DNA of 64,000 nt from Octopus vulgaris (Eukaryota): assembly GCA_951406725.2 (NCBI GenBank), contig OX597841.1, forward strand, positions 18,166,001 to 18,230,000, in the 5' to 3' direction. A program made the position numbers and the translations under genes. Under the pieces are notes generated by a model, which was not told the DNA's origin, did no database searches, and worked only from the letters and a program-made list of their open reading frames with translations. Position 1 is the first letter of the stretch. The number at the start of each line of letters is the position of its first letter. Positions 1 to 11,863 of the stretch are shown piece by piece.

Positions 1-2
1 AG

Positions 3-800
3 GACCACAAATTGTATGTAGTAGTCGAGGGCAGAAGACCACGCTGCTATATATGCGGCAGTGAAGCACACCTTAAAAAGGATTGCAAATCTTCCGCGAA
101 ACAACAGCAACAACAACAACCGCAGGAAAAACCAAAAAAAAACCAGCATTATTTCGCACACTACAATATGCACAACTGATCAAGCAGTTATACGCAGAAA
201 TGCAAGAAAAGCAACAACGAACGAACCAACCCAACCAAACAACACCACCACCTGCGCCAAGAACAGAAACAACACCACCACCACCACCAACTAAAGATAA
301 ACCAATTGCAACACCAAGAACAACTACAATGAATGAAGAAGAGACAGTTACTACTCCCAATCCCCCAACAACACACACCCCACAACAATACCTACAATCA
401 CACAAACAGAAAATACTCATACCCCACCTCCCAAAACCCATACACCACACCCCAACGGTCACCAACCAGCACCAACGCCAACAACAAAGTCAACACAGTA
501 AGAAATAGACCACAATACACTTCCCCTCCCACCCTCTGATTCCTCTGACATGTCATCAGATGAAGACGACACAGAGGATTGGCAAATAGCCACGGGTGGG
601 GGGGGGGAAAAAGGGGGAAAAATGAATAGAGAAGCAGACAAGCAAAGCAGGGAGGTTTACCACTCCCGAAACTAAAACATCCGCAGAAAACAAGCATATC
701 AACACAAACACCCCCCCCAACAATGTTGACAGCCATAAACACCAACAACGCCGACCTAATGGAATACATTAGGTGAAACACCAACATAACCGAAAATGAT
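3..800 (+). mobile_element. Degraded gag/ORF1-like region of a retroelement with a CCHC zinc knuckle and Pro/Thr-rich tail
   Basis: Frame 3 from base 3 reads DHKLYVVVEGRRPRCYICGSEAHLKKDCK (CX2CX4HX4C at 45-86). Frameshifted, A/C-rich low-complexity P/T/Q coding sequence follows. Truncated by the window edge. Confidence 0.6.
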
Positions 801-937
801 ACCAAAACAAAGAATCACCAACGCACAACACCACCGCAACACATTAAAATCCTACACAGAACACAGAACACACACAGCACCCTGAAATCTCTCTACCCTG
901 ATGCAGTTGGGAGATTTCAAAAATATTTGTCCAAATA

Positions 938-1341
938 GGCGCAGGAGTGGCTGTGTGGTAAGTAGCTTGCTAACCAACCACATGGTTCCGGGTTCAGTCC
1001 CACTGCGTGGCATCTTGGGCAAGTGTCTTCTGCTATAGACCCGGGCCGACCAATGCTTTGTGAGTGGATTTGGTAGACGGAAACTGAAAGAAGCCTGTCG
1101 TATATATGCATATATATATAAGTGTGTGTGTATATATGTTTGTGTGTCTGTGTTTGTCCCCCTAGCATTGCTTGACAACCGATGCTTGTGTGTTTACGTC
1201 TCCGTCACTTAGCGGTTTGGCAAAAGAGACCGATAGAATAAGAACTGGGCTTACAAAGAATAAGTCCCGGGGTCGATATGCTCGACTAAAGGCGGTGCTC
1301 CAGCATGGCCGCAGTCAAATGACTGAAACAAGTAAAAGAGT
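938..1341 (+). mobile_element. tRNA-derived SINE, dominant family (SINE-A), full length
   Basis: Head GGCGCAGGAGTGGCTGTGTGG (A box) and GGTTCAGTCCC (B box), internal (TA)n/(TG)n tract, tail GCGGTGCTCCAGCATGGCCGCAGTCAAATGACTGAAACAAGTAAAAGAG. About 20 homologous copies in the window. Confidence 0.9.
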
Positions 1342-1364
1342 ATACATACATGCGCGCGCACACA

Positions 1365-1787
1365 CAGACATCCAGAAGGAGCCGGAATTTCGCAATGTTA
1401 TTCTATTCCCTTAGTTTTACGTGTTTACACTTTTATCGCCTTCACATAACTTATTCTCCATTTGAACCAATGCCTCGGTCCGGATGCATTTTCCACCGTT
1501 GGAAGCAGTGCTGGAACTCTTGCCAAGTGTTGCCCTTTAACGCATCCCTCATTTTTTCTTCTTCACCTCTTCCACATCTGCAAATTCCCTAGCACCAGTT
1601 TTTGTCCCCGGAGATGACCTTCGAAAAAAAAGGTCCAGATCAACTTCCAACCGTTCCTTCGGTTCTTGACACACGTTCAGTCATGACTGCTTTTGATCTT
1701 CCACGAAGAAGTGAGGCACAAATTTGGTTGCAACTCTTTTCATTCCCAAAATTCGTTGACAGGAACTCCAGGACACACCAGTCATAT
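1365..1787 (-). mobile_element. Mariner transposon, 3' part (split by Gypsy insertion)
   Basis: Minus strand reads MTGVSWSSCQRILGMKRVATKFVPH and QEFQHCFQRWKMHPDRGIGSNGE. Rejoins the 4811-5282 part in frame. Confidence 0.8.
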
Positions 1788-4700
1788 TGTAGTGGATGCG
1801 TGGATGTATTAATAAATACATAAGTGTTTTGTAATAAATTAAAGATTTATTATCACTACATCAATTTGTAAGCAATGCTACACATCGCTTGTACAAAATG
1901 CATATTAAATAGTGGTTGCAAATAATACATATTAAAGGAATGCATAATACATGATACACATTAAAGCAGAATATGTTTGATGGTGTGTGTGTGTGTGTGT
2001 GTGTAAATCATGCAGTACAGAGTCACCTTTCTGAATATTCTTTCGTCGTCCTCATAAATGCGTGGCGTTCTCAATAGCGTTGGTTCGGGTTCTCTGCAGA
2101 TACCTATTTCTCCGTTCTATTTATAACATCTCAAATAGCCAGAAAAATAGATATACCGCAAGAGAGTTATCATTAAAGTAGGTCGCTGGTCGTCCTGTTA
2201 AACTTCGTCTGACCTGCTCGGGTCAGAGGTCGAAGGGAGACGATCCATCATTTTTTTGTCAGAACAAAGAGATTCTGATTTCGCGCCTTTTTGTGCATTG
2301 GTATTTTACGACCAATGATTCTTGGGTCTGATTTCGAATCCAAGCTTTGAGAAGGAAGTGCTAATTCTTACACTACCCCCCTTCTAGTGAGAAAGCCACA
2401 GAGATCGAACGATATTGGAAATGTATTATTATTATTATTTTTTTTTATTTTTTTTTATTGTGTGCATGTAAGGTTTACAATTTGTATGTGCTATATGGTG
2501 GGCAATATGTATATGTGCCCAGGCAGAATTATGTTGGCGCGTTGAAAGAGATGTGCGTCTATTGATTACTCGACCTACTAGAGGTCTAATAGAGACAAGG
2601 TATCTTTCAGTGGCGAAAAAAAATCGAGTGATAGCACGCATGAGAACAAGATTTGTAAATGTGTGTGGATATACAGTTAGCAAAAAAATATATTTATGAG
2701 AAAGCAAACATTTTGAAGAGAAAACAAAAAAATATGTACATGCAAAAATGAAAGAAATGTTCATCGGCAAAGTTCGATTTTGAAATGTTCCGTAAAAGTT
2801 CATACAGACAGTTTTTTGTTTTCATTTTTTTTTTCTTTACGTACACAAATGTTCTTTGATTTCTCTGGGTGGGTGATGCAGTTATGTGTTCATTAGGAAG
2901 ATGGATACGTTAGGAGTTCAGAACTTACCCGAAAAACTTGCACAAACCTTGCTGGCCATCGAACTGTTCTTCCTGATTTGGTGTGTCGGGGTTGTGCAGA
3001 ATCTGTGGTGTTCGCTGGAGTTGCAAAGTCTGTTTGAGGAAAAGAGGGGACTGAATGTAAGTCCTCCTCGATGAAAGCTTTTTTTAAACGATCAATCGAG
3101 ACCGTATTTCGTTTACCTCCAATATCGAGGACGAAATACTTGGGTTCTCTTTTGATGACCTTGTAGGAGGATGACCCCAAGGAGGATGAGAGGGAGATGT
3201 TCCAACCAGTGAGAACTGTCTGGAGCAGCTTTTATAGATGCCTTGAGTTGGCGGTGAAAGCGTTCCACCATGCCATTTGCTGCAGGGTGGTAAGCTGTAG
3301 TGCGGGTGTGTTTACACCCGAGGAGACGAGTCAGCTCGGTGAAAAGGTGGGAATCGAACTGACGTCCTCTGTCGGTGGTAATTGTTGCGGGTGTGCCAAA
3401 ACGCGAAACCCATTGTGATATCAGCGTTTTAGCGACCGTTTCTGCTGATATATCAGATAGGGGCCAGGCTTCGGGCCATCGCGAGAACCTATCTACGCAA
3501 GTTAGCAAATATGAATAGTTCTGCGAAGGTGGCAGGGGTCCAACGATATCAATGTGAACGTGCTGAAATCGTGCATCGGGCTGCGAAAATGAACCGATTG
3601 GTGATTTTATGTGCCGGTGGATTTTCGCTTTTTGGCACGCAACACAGCACTTGGTCCATTCTCTGATATCCTTGTTGATACTGGTCCACACAAAACGGGT
3701 CGATATTAGCTTTTGAGTGGAGCGAATACCAGGATGTGACAGAGAATGTAGAGCGGAGAAAACTTCTCGACGATATTTCTGTGGTACATAAGGGCGTTGG
3801 TAACCAGTGGAAATATCACACCAAATATGGGCTGTGGATGATGGTAGCGGAACATGCTGAAATTTCAGAGATGACGAATTCCGGAGCTTTAGAAGTTCTT
3901 CGTCATTCTCCTGGTCAGCTGCTATACGTGCCAGATCAATTGTAGACGTGGTGTGGATAGCATTGATCTGCGCACGTGAAAGTGCATCGGCTGCCACGTT
4001 GGTCGTCCCTTTGATGTGGCGTATATCCGTCGTGTACTGCGATATGAAGTCGAGGTGGCGTATTTCTCTTGGCGAATGGCGATCCGGTTTGGTGTTAAAT
4101 GCGTATACTAATGGCTTGTGGTCGGTATATATGGCAAAATTGGTACCTTCTAGCATATGACGGAAATGCTTAACGGCCAGGTATGCCGCCAATAATTCCC
4201 GACTGAATGTGCTGTATTTGGTTTCCGCGGGTTTTAACCGCTTAGAAAAGAAAGACAACGGTTGCCATATACCGTCAACAAGCTGTTGTAGCACAGCTCC
4301 GATTCCGGAATCGGATGCATCAACGAGTAAACATCGTGGGGCGTCTGGTTTTGGATAAACCAACATGGTAGCGCTAGATAACGCTTTTTTCAGGGCAGCG
4401 AAAGAAACGAGTTGATCTTCGGTCAGAGCTATATCTGCGTTTTTGCAGGTTCGCTGACGTAGCAAATCCGTGAGCGGTTGCGCTATTTCAGCGAGGTGGG
4501 GCACGAACCGTCGATAGAAATTCGCTAGACCGAGATATTCCCTTAATTTGCGGAGAGATGTGGGTGGTGGAAAATCCACGATGGCCTTGACTTTCTCGGG
4601 AAGGGGACGAATTCCATTTTTATCGACTATATGGCCGAGAAAATGAAGGGAAGCAACTCCGAACAAACATTTGGTAGGGTTGATAACAATTCCAAATTGA

Positions 4701-4810
4701 CGTAGTCGTCCGAAAAGCAGGTGAAGGTGTTGATTATGCTCTTCGTCCGAGAAGATTTCTTGGGTCTGATTTCGAATCCAAGCTTTGAGAAGGAAGTGCT
4801 AATTCTTACA
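1788..4810 (-). mobile_element. Gypsy/Ty3 LTR retrotransposon, internally deleted, 4-bp TSD ATAT
   Basis: TG...CA termini. ATAT at 1784-1787 and 4811-4814. Full 3' LTR at 1788-2372, preceded on the minus strand by polypurine tract AGAAGGGGGGTAG. 5' LTR reduced to 54 bp (4757-4810), identical to 2319-2372. Confidence 0.93.
3113..4666 (-). pseudogene. pol: Gypsy pol fragment: RT C-terminus, RNase H, HHCC zinc finger, integrase core
   Basis: 517-aa open frame with [37 protein letters not shown]...[26 protein letters not shown]. Integrase C-terminal module ([11 protein letters not shown]...TVSIDRLK) follows in another frame after a deletion near 3170. Confidence 0.95.
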
Positions 4811-5282
4811 ATATCAAAAAATACGTCAGTTGTTCGGTGACGGTTCTCCAAGATCAGTTCAGGAATTTTCATGATATTTTTTATTCATTCGTTCGGGTCG
4901 ACGGTAGTCCTGAATGAGGTTGGTCTTCAAGCAACAAGTAACCATCCCTAAAGCGTGGAAACCACTCGTAAACCTGTGTTTTGCTCATGGCAACGTCCTT
5001 GTAAGCTGTTTGAAGCATGACAACTGTTTCAGCCACCGTTTTCCCAGCAGAAAACAATTTCACGGAAGCACACTGTTCTTTTTTTTTTCAGCCACAGCGA
5101 AAATCGACGAACAGGGGAGAAGCATTGCAAAGTAAAGACGTAGCAAGTGGCAGTATGAGCCCAGAGGATAATGCCGGCAGGCAGGCTGATGCCTGAGGGT
5201 TGCATCAAGTGGCGGAAACCCCAACTACAAAGGGCTGATCCCACAGAGAAGGTTTCCGATTACTTTTGGGTCCACCTTTGTA
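4811..5282 (-). mobile_element. Mariner transposon, 5' part with HTH region
   Basis: GKTVAETVVMLQTAYKDVAMSKTQVYEWFPRFRDGYLLLEDQPHSGLPST. Minus-strand terminus TACAAAGGTGGACCCAAAAGTAATCGG resembles a mariner TIR. Confidence 0.85.
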
Positions 5283-6799
5283 CACACACACACACACACA
5301 AGAAAAATATGCTACATGTCTTTGTATATATATTTTTGATTGTGAGTAACACTTTAGCGTTTGAAGCAATCTCGATAAACCTTCAAATAAGGTCTCCGCT
5401 TAATTGCTGGAGTTTTTCTGTTGATCTTTTTGTATTCGGGAGTCCATTGTGCTATCTTCATTGTCTCAAAATGTTAATAAATTCAGAATAATGCATCCGG
5501 TACTGCGACTGACAGAAGAAATTTCAATGCTACTTTAGCGTGCCGCCTACCGCAGGGTCTGTTGTCTACGCTATGAAATCCCCTGATCTGGTTCGGGGTT
5601 AGGGTTTGCAACACACTGAAATTACAGAACGAAAATTCGGAATGCAAAGGTGTGTCCGTGCTTCCTCGTGTCTCCATGAGTTCTTCATGAACATCTGCAG
5701 TGAATCATACCTGTATAGTATTTTGGGAGTGATAAATATAATTTTCTTATTTTCCTGTTATTTTCACATTCTTATTTACTTTCTCATCCTTTTATTATCA
5801 GCTTTCATCGGGTAACTTTTCAAGTCAATAATAACTTCGTTATTATTGCCATCTCGGGCACTCTATATCGGTCAGTTGTTCATAAGTTCGAAAATAAACA
5901 CACTAAGTAAAATTAGGGAGCTGTTATATTTTATGGGATCGTTGGTTAAGGACGGTCAGAAAGTTACCGTTGAAATTGTTCTAGCAATATGGGAGAGTCA
6001 CCAGACCTGGTAACCGGAGGATAAGAAGAAGAACATTTAAATATTGCTGCTTAAGTTAGAATTTTAAAACTAAAATAACAAATCCCTTTCTTATTTTTTA
6101 ATTTTTTAATTTTTACTTAAAAGTTTCAACTAAAATACTCAAAGCGCTATTTATTTCCCATTTTAATGAAAAGACTAGTCTGTCAGTTTGCACATAAATT
6201 TGATATTGTAAATTTAAAAAACCCCCACATAATAGTAATTTAAGCAAAATTGATAATAACGACCCATAATTTTTTTTTTACAAACAAAAAAAAAAGGCTA
6301 TAGGGTCATTTCTAAATTTTGCACTCAATTTGTTCATCAGCTTTCATTTGTTTAAATATTTTTTTAAAACTGTAAATAGAAAATGCTTTGCTATCTAGTG
6401 CTGCAAGCTTTAAAGAAATCAATTCTTTTGTTCATTTCGAAATTTTATTTTACTATTTTTTACTTTTTTTTAATTATATATAATTTTTTTCAGATTCAAT
6501 TTTTTGTCTTAGTCTCTCATTTTTGACCTCACCTATTTTGAGCTAGCTTAATGAACTAAATTTCAATCACTTGATCTAAAAATGTGGCTTATTTGCTAAA
6601 AGCATCATTGCTAAAAACAATGCATTCAATTTGGTTGGGGATTGAATTAATAATGAAGACTAGGAGTGCACGCGAGTAACTGAAAGTTGACCGTAAGAAT
6701 ATATTGAGCCACTGTCGTAGGTGAATGATACACACACAATTTTAAAGATCTATTTACAAAAGCAAATAGTTCGATAAATCTGTGGAAATTATTACAAAA

Positions 6800-7080
6800 T
6801 GAGAAGATACTGAAGGTTTTTTTCCTTCATTTAATACATCTCTATTCGGGCAGCATTAGTTGCACGAAGCACATCGAGACGGTAATCAATTTCTTGCCAG
6901 GTTTGCTGTAGCATGGCCCCATAAATTGTAGCAATGGCATCAGTGATCCTTCGCTTCATGTCATTGACGTCCCGTATCTTTGTTCGAGACATGTTTTTAG
7001 CATAACCCCAAAGAAAGAAGTTCAGAGGAGTGACATCCGGGCAACGAAGTAGCCAGGGAACTGGTTTCTTAAGCCACAAA
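6800..7080 (-). mobile_element. Tc1/mariner-superfamily transposase C-terminal fragment
   Basis: PWLLRCPDVTPLNFFLWGYAK...MLQQTWQEIDYRLDVLRATNAARIE matches the WPPRSPDLTPLDFFLWGY.K...YRLDV.RATNGAHIE motif. Confidence 0.85.
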
Positions 7081-7239
7081 CGACTCGCCCTGTCGTTACA
7101 TATACATAAATCAGTATAAGGTGTTGGTTAAATCGTTTTTATTCAAGCGACATTAGTGTAAGATCACTCAACGAAGTATACCTTAAAGCCAGTGTACTAC
7201 GGAGTGTTGGTACAATAATGAATCACAACCGAAAAAGAG

Positions 7240-9420
7240 AACTGAAGCCGATCATTGCTGAATTTTCAATCGGATTTATCTAATGCTAAACAGAAGAGAA
7301 TTGCAAACGAACAAGTTTCGCAGCGCAACGAAGGTAGTATTAGTTTTGCAAAGTCTTTGGATGATCTAGGACCGGTCGACTGCCAACCAGTGCAGCCAGT
7401 TCTAGCAAAGTTTGATCCAAAGATTTATAGAAATCAGAAACGTGACTTCTCGTCAAACTGAGATACAGGTCGTCCATGGTCAGTGTATTCCTCTTTCAGA
7501 GGAAGCAATGTTGTTTCCCTTGTCTGTACTTTAACACTTCTGCTCAAGTGGATTCTTGCTTTATTAAAGATGGATATTCCAACTGGCATCACGCAAAAGA
7601 AAAAACAAAACAAAACAAAAACAAAGGTTAGCTCTTGAGTCCATATCCAAGCAATGGCAACATGGAGGGAAGGCCAACAGCGTTTATCCTTAATATCCGT
7701 GTCTTCAATTTTGCAAAATGGCCAATTAAGCAAAAACCGTTACTATATCAATTCAATTGATCTTGTGCATTTTACTTTGCGCAAACGAATTGCCTTTTCG
7801 GGGAAACGAAAATGAAGTTTTCGAGGATCTTTATTCGGAAGGTGAGACGCAGCCCTGCGGTCGTTTTATGAAATGATTCCAATACACATTAGAGAAAGAC
7901 TCAAAGCTAATGGAATGTTCCAGCACAAATCCCCGAAATGCGACCTCGGCAGCAATACAAAACGAAATCATGGAATTTTTGAGGAGATATCTTGTTGTCG
8001 AGAAATAAAATGTTCCGCTGTTCTTTACTTTACGCTGAAATGTGACAGAACGCATGACTTGAGTAATACTGAAAATATTGCAATTGTTATTAGGGACTTG
8101 AAAAACGGCAGGGTTCTGGAAAACGTAGCTGCGATGCCAACTCCTCAACCATATGATGCTGAAACTGGGTCGACTTGTTAATTAAGGAACTAACCAACCT
8201 CGGCATTGACCCAAAGCGTATGTTGTCACAATGCTACGATGGTGCTTCTGTGATGTCTGGCAAAATAGGTGGCGTTCAAAGAAAGATTGAGAATCGACTT
8301 GAAAAACATACACCCTATGTTCATCGTCTTAGTCATCAGTTGCATCATGTGGTTAACACAATGAAGCGGGTTCCGGAGTTAGCCATATTCTTCATAATTT
8401 TATTAAATGGCCAAGGATAGCTAATCTCTGCAAAGGACTAAAATTGTCACGTCTTATGGAGCATCTCAGTGCCATTGCTTCTGTAAAAGAAAATCGGTCC
8501 GAGATTGTTGGTTTGCTAACCGAGTGCACAGATTCGTCAAATTCAAAAACGTGGATTGAAACAACTGGAATTCTACATGAAATTCATTCCAAAAGGTTTG
8601 TTTTTTTAGCCCTTGTTCTTAGAAAAATTTTGCATATAGTTAGGCCAGTAGACAAACAGCTTCAGAGTCAACAATTGTGATATACACCATGGCCTTGAGC
8701 TTCTTAAGATTATCAAGAGTGAAATAACCAAACTAAGAGACTCTTCAATATTTGATGAGATTCTGAAACAAATTAGTCAATTAAATGTTATTGAGGAACG
8801 CATAGATCGAAAAGCTTGCGGGTCCCAACAATTTTCAGATTATGTTGTTGAAGCCCTGGTACCATCACAAGATGACTGGATAATCTTTCACCGCAAAATT
8901 TATTTCGCTATCATCGATGAAAGCTTGGGAGAGCTAGATATAGATTTTCAGAGCAAAATGACAGCAAAGATTCTTCCTTGGCAAGTCTACCACCAATCTC
9001 TGAGACATTTTTGGATTTTGATACTTTAAAACCTTTGAGCAATTTAATTAATTGCGATAAATCGGCCTTGCTGTCTGAACTTGTGGCTAAAGCAAACATT
9101 TCCAAACAAAATATGATGATACTGCTGGATATTTTTGGATCTTTACATATCATACCGGATGCCTTTCCAAATGTTTATCTATTGTATGGTGCAGCATTAA
9201 CACCTGGGCCTAGCACAGTCACATGCGAGCCATCGTTTTCGACGCCAACTCGAATTGACTCCTTTTCGACGAAATATGGAGAAACGGCGAAAATCAAATC
9301 TCGTGATCCTTGCTTCTCTTAGTAAATACAAATCAATTATAGACGAGGACGATCTCCTGAATTTTCTTTTGCATTGCGTTGCTGTAGATTGCAGTTGTAT
9401 CAAATAAAACGTAACTTGAT
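7240..9420 (+). pseudogene. Degraded hAT (ZMYM1-like/DUF4371) transposase
   Basis: Fragments in successive frames: KCDRTHDLSNTENIAIVIR, SQCYDGASVMSGKIGGVQ, YVHRLSHQLH, C-terminal TCEPSFST (CERSFS dimerisation motif). Many stops and frameshifts. Confidence 0.88.
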
Positions 9421-9435
9421 TTTCTCATTTTCTGT

Positions 9436-9510
9436 TTACTCTTTTACTTGTTTCAGTCATTTGACTGCGGCCTTGCAAGCTACTTACCACACAGCCACTC
9501 CTGCGCCTAT
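9436..9510 (-). mobile_element. SINE-A with the centre deleted (head fused to tail)
   Basis: TTTACTTGTTTCAGTCATTTGACTGCGGCC joined directly to GCAAGCTACTTACCACACAGCCACTCCTGCGCC. Confidence 0.8.
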
Positions 9511-9701
9511 CGTTGTGAATTTTCTAGAAAAATGTTATCAAATTTTATAAACAGTAAGGTTTTTAGAGTTCTGTTCAGCATCTCCAGGTATCAAGACAGC
9601 CACCCCCGCCCAAGCTGCAATCGGCTGGCTACGTGTCTGTGCATTGGGTATGAGAGTATTCTGAAAATACCTCACGAAGTGACAACCGTACCCTTCATCG
9701 T

Positions 9702-10001
9702 TACGAGTTGCCCTTTGGCAAGGTATAGCACCTGTTCACCCACTCAGCCAAGAGACTGCAACATGGCGGATTGTGAAGAGGCAGTGGGAGAAATCAACTG
9801 AGCCAAAGGTGCTTCTTACATTGGTTCTGAGCAGAGGAATCCTACAAGATAAACGGTGAGGATCATCAAACTCTATCTCTTGACAGCATCGTTGGCTCAG
9901 TTGATTTCTCCCAATGCCTCTTCACAATCCGCCATATTGCAGTCTTCTGACTTCGCTGAGTGGTTGGACAGGTGCTATACCTTGCCAAAGGGCAACCCGT
10001 A
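9702..10001. repeat. Inverted repeat, arms about 112-117 bp, 71-bp spacer
   Basis: 9702-9813 (TACGAGTTGCCCTTTGGCAAGGTATAGCACCTG...CTGAGCCAAAGGTGCT) is the reverse complement of 9885-10001 with a few mismatches and one indel. Confidence 0.9.
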
Positions 10002-10339
10002 TCTTGAATAGTAGGGGTGGTATCCATGGTTGTGGAATCAGCTAACGAAATGTTCACTATAACGCAAGTTCCCAATTCCAATTCATAATAATGGAATTGG
10101 ATGGCGACATGAAAAAGGAAAAGAAAAAAGTTGTAAGTCACCATTTGCAGGGAAGAGATTCCGAAGGGCTAAATGTTTGAATAAGTGGCATAAAACTGGC
10201 ACGTGACTTGAAGGGCCGAGCCATAGGGTCCAGGTAGATGGGACACATTGTGTAGTGTGCGATGAAGCAGTAGTCAGGTGACCCTATATGTGCAGAGGCA
10301 ATAACAATTTGGTGGGAGTTTTAAAGGGAGAAAAGATCA

Positions 10340-10620
10340 AGAATTTTTAGAGGGCTCCAGCGACGAACGCCAAAGACACGAGGGCCGGAAATGAGCTCCT
10401 TATCTATTTTGGCAGTTATGAGCCACGTCTTCAGCTGACCACCCTTCTGCTTACGCCAACCCCTAGGGGTGGATCTGGTGCTATTGCCTTCCGGACGAGT
10501 GACCAAACCACTCTAGTCTTCTCGTCGGAAGAGTTCCCTCAAGAGGTGAGACCGCACCGAGCATAAAGTTGTCGGGAGATCCGCCTCGCGACGAAATGCC
10601 GTATTTACCGGGAGCTTGTC
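10340..10620 (-). mobile_element. RTE-clade LINE fragment (ORF C-terminus)
   Basis: RRLEWFGH...GWRKQKGGQLKTWL...SGPRVFGVRRW. Homologous to 57780-58420. Confidence 0.75.
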
Positions 10621-10639
10621 CGAACGATTTTTCTCTGTG

Positions 10640-11860
10640 GCTGTGAGACCCGGCTTAAATAATCGTTACCAATAGCATCCGTTGGAGATGTGAACGAAAG
10701 TGATGAAGAGTTGGGTCGAAGCCACTGATGACAATTTCGGAGACACCAGAGGTGAGATATGTTAATGCATGAAAAGATATCGTATAGTTAGAGTTATTGG
10801 TGGGACGAGCAGTTGAGAGGGAAACGGAGGGAGAGAGACTCTGAACCAGAGCCACTCTAGGTTATTGCAACTGAGATCTAGTCAGGAGAGAGGAAGGCAA
10901 GGCTAAGGGGAGTTTAGGTATTTGCAGATATTACCTTCCGAAGTGAAGCAGAGAGTATCTTGAATCGTAGAGATAAGCTGAAGTTAAGGGTCGTGAAGTT
11001 TATGTCTCAAAGAGAAATAGGTTATGGTGTGTGAGTGTGTGTGTGTAAAAAGGTGATGTGCCACATTTGGTTGGCGAAAATCCTTGGCTGTATGAGAAGA
11101 GAGAACTGACCAAGTGGTTTTCATCGATATTTTGTCATGGTGTAGAAGTGTAGAAGTTGATGATGCCTGGATAGGCCATGAACCCAGCAAACCAGAAGTC
11201 TGATCTGAAAGTTTGCCAGTGAACCCCACTTAAAGGCACCCAAAGGAGATGTGGTGTTAAACCAGATGGCATGGAATCTCAACCAGATTGACTATTATGA
11301 TTAGTTAGCCAAAAGAATGTCGAGGGTGGAACTAGAGTGGTGCTCGGACATGAGACAGACAATCAGCCAGATAAACAGACAGACGGACTGACAGCAAAAT
11401 AGACAACCAAAACGATAGCTAGACAGACATGAAGAAGATAGAGAAGCAGAAAAAAGGTATTTGGTGCTAGAACGAAGAGCATCCAATGCACAAGTTGTAG
11501 AATCGATATATACGGATGCAGCAGAGGATTCATTGTCACGAAAGTTTCTAACTCCCTGTCATCGTTCAAAGTAATAAAAAGATGAGGTGAACTTGGTGGT
11601 GAGCTAATAAGAAACATCAGCTAGATATTCAAAAGTCAACAGGGATTGGGTAAAGGCTTGCAGTCATGTGACCTATTACAATGAAGGCTATCTTGTCTCA
11701 ATCTTGAATGACAAATGTGGATTTCACTTTATGGCAGGAAAACAAAAAGCGACCTAATTCTTATTCAACAATCTGTTTGACTGCATCACAAAAAGTAATT
11801 TTCAGATATACATAAAATGCATATTTCTTATTCCACTGATGAACCAGGCATTTCTATACG
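10640..11860 (-). mobile_element. Probable DIRS/Ngaro tyrosine-recombinase retroelement relic
   Basis: Heavily decayed motifs in the expected order: YL(D)DFLISSPPSSP, IYIDST, FAVS...FIWLI, GFDPTLHHFR. Recognised by eye only. Confidence 0.4.
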
Positions 11861-11863
11861 TAG

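Noticed and set aside
938-1010. tRNA gene
   Set aside because: The A/B boxes belong to a SINE head that continues into SINE body, with no complete cloverleaf.
852-1414. Recurrent short ORFs (e.g. HLPKMPRSGTEPGTMW, AEDTCPRCHAVGLNPEPCG) as a gene family
   Set aside because: They are readings of the multi-copy SINE-A.
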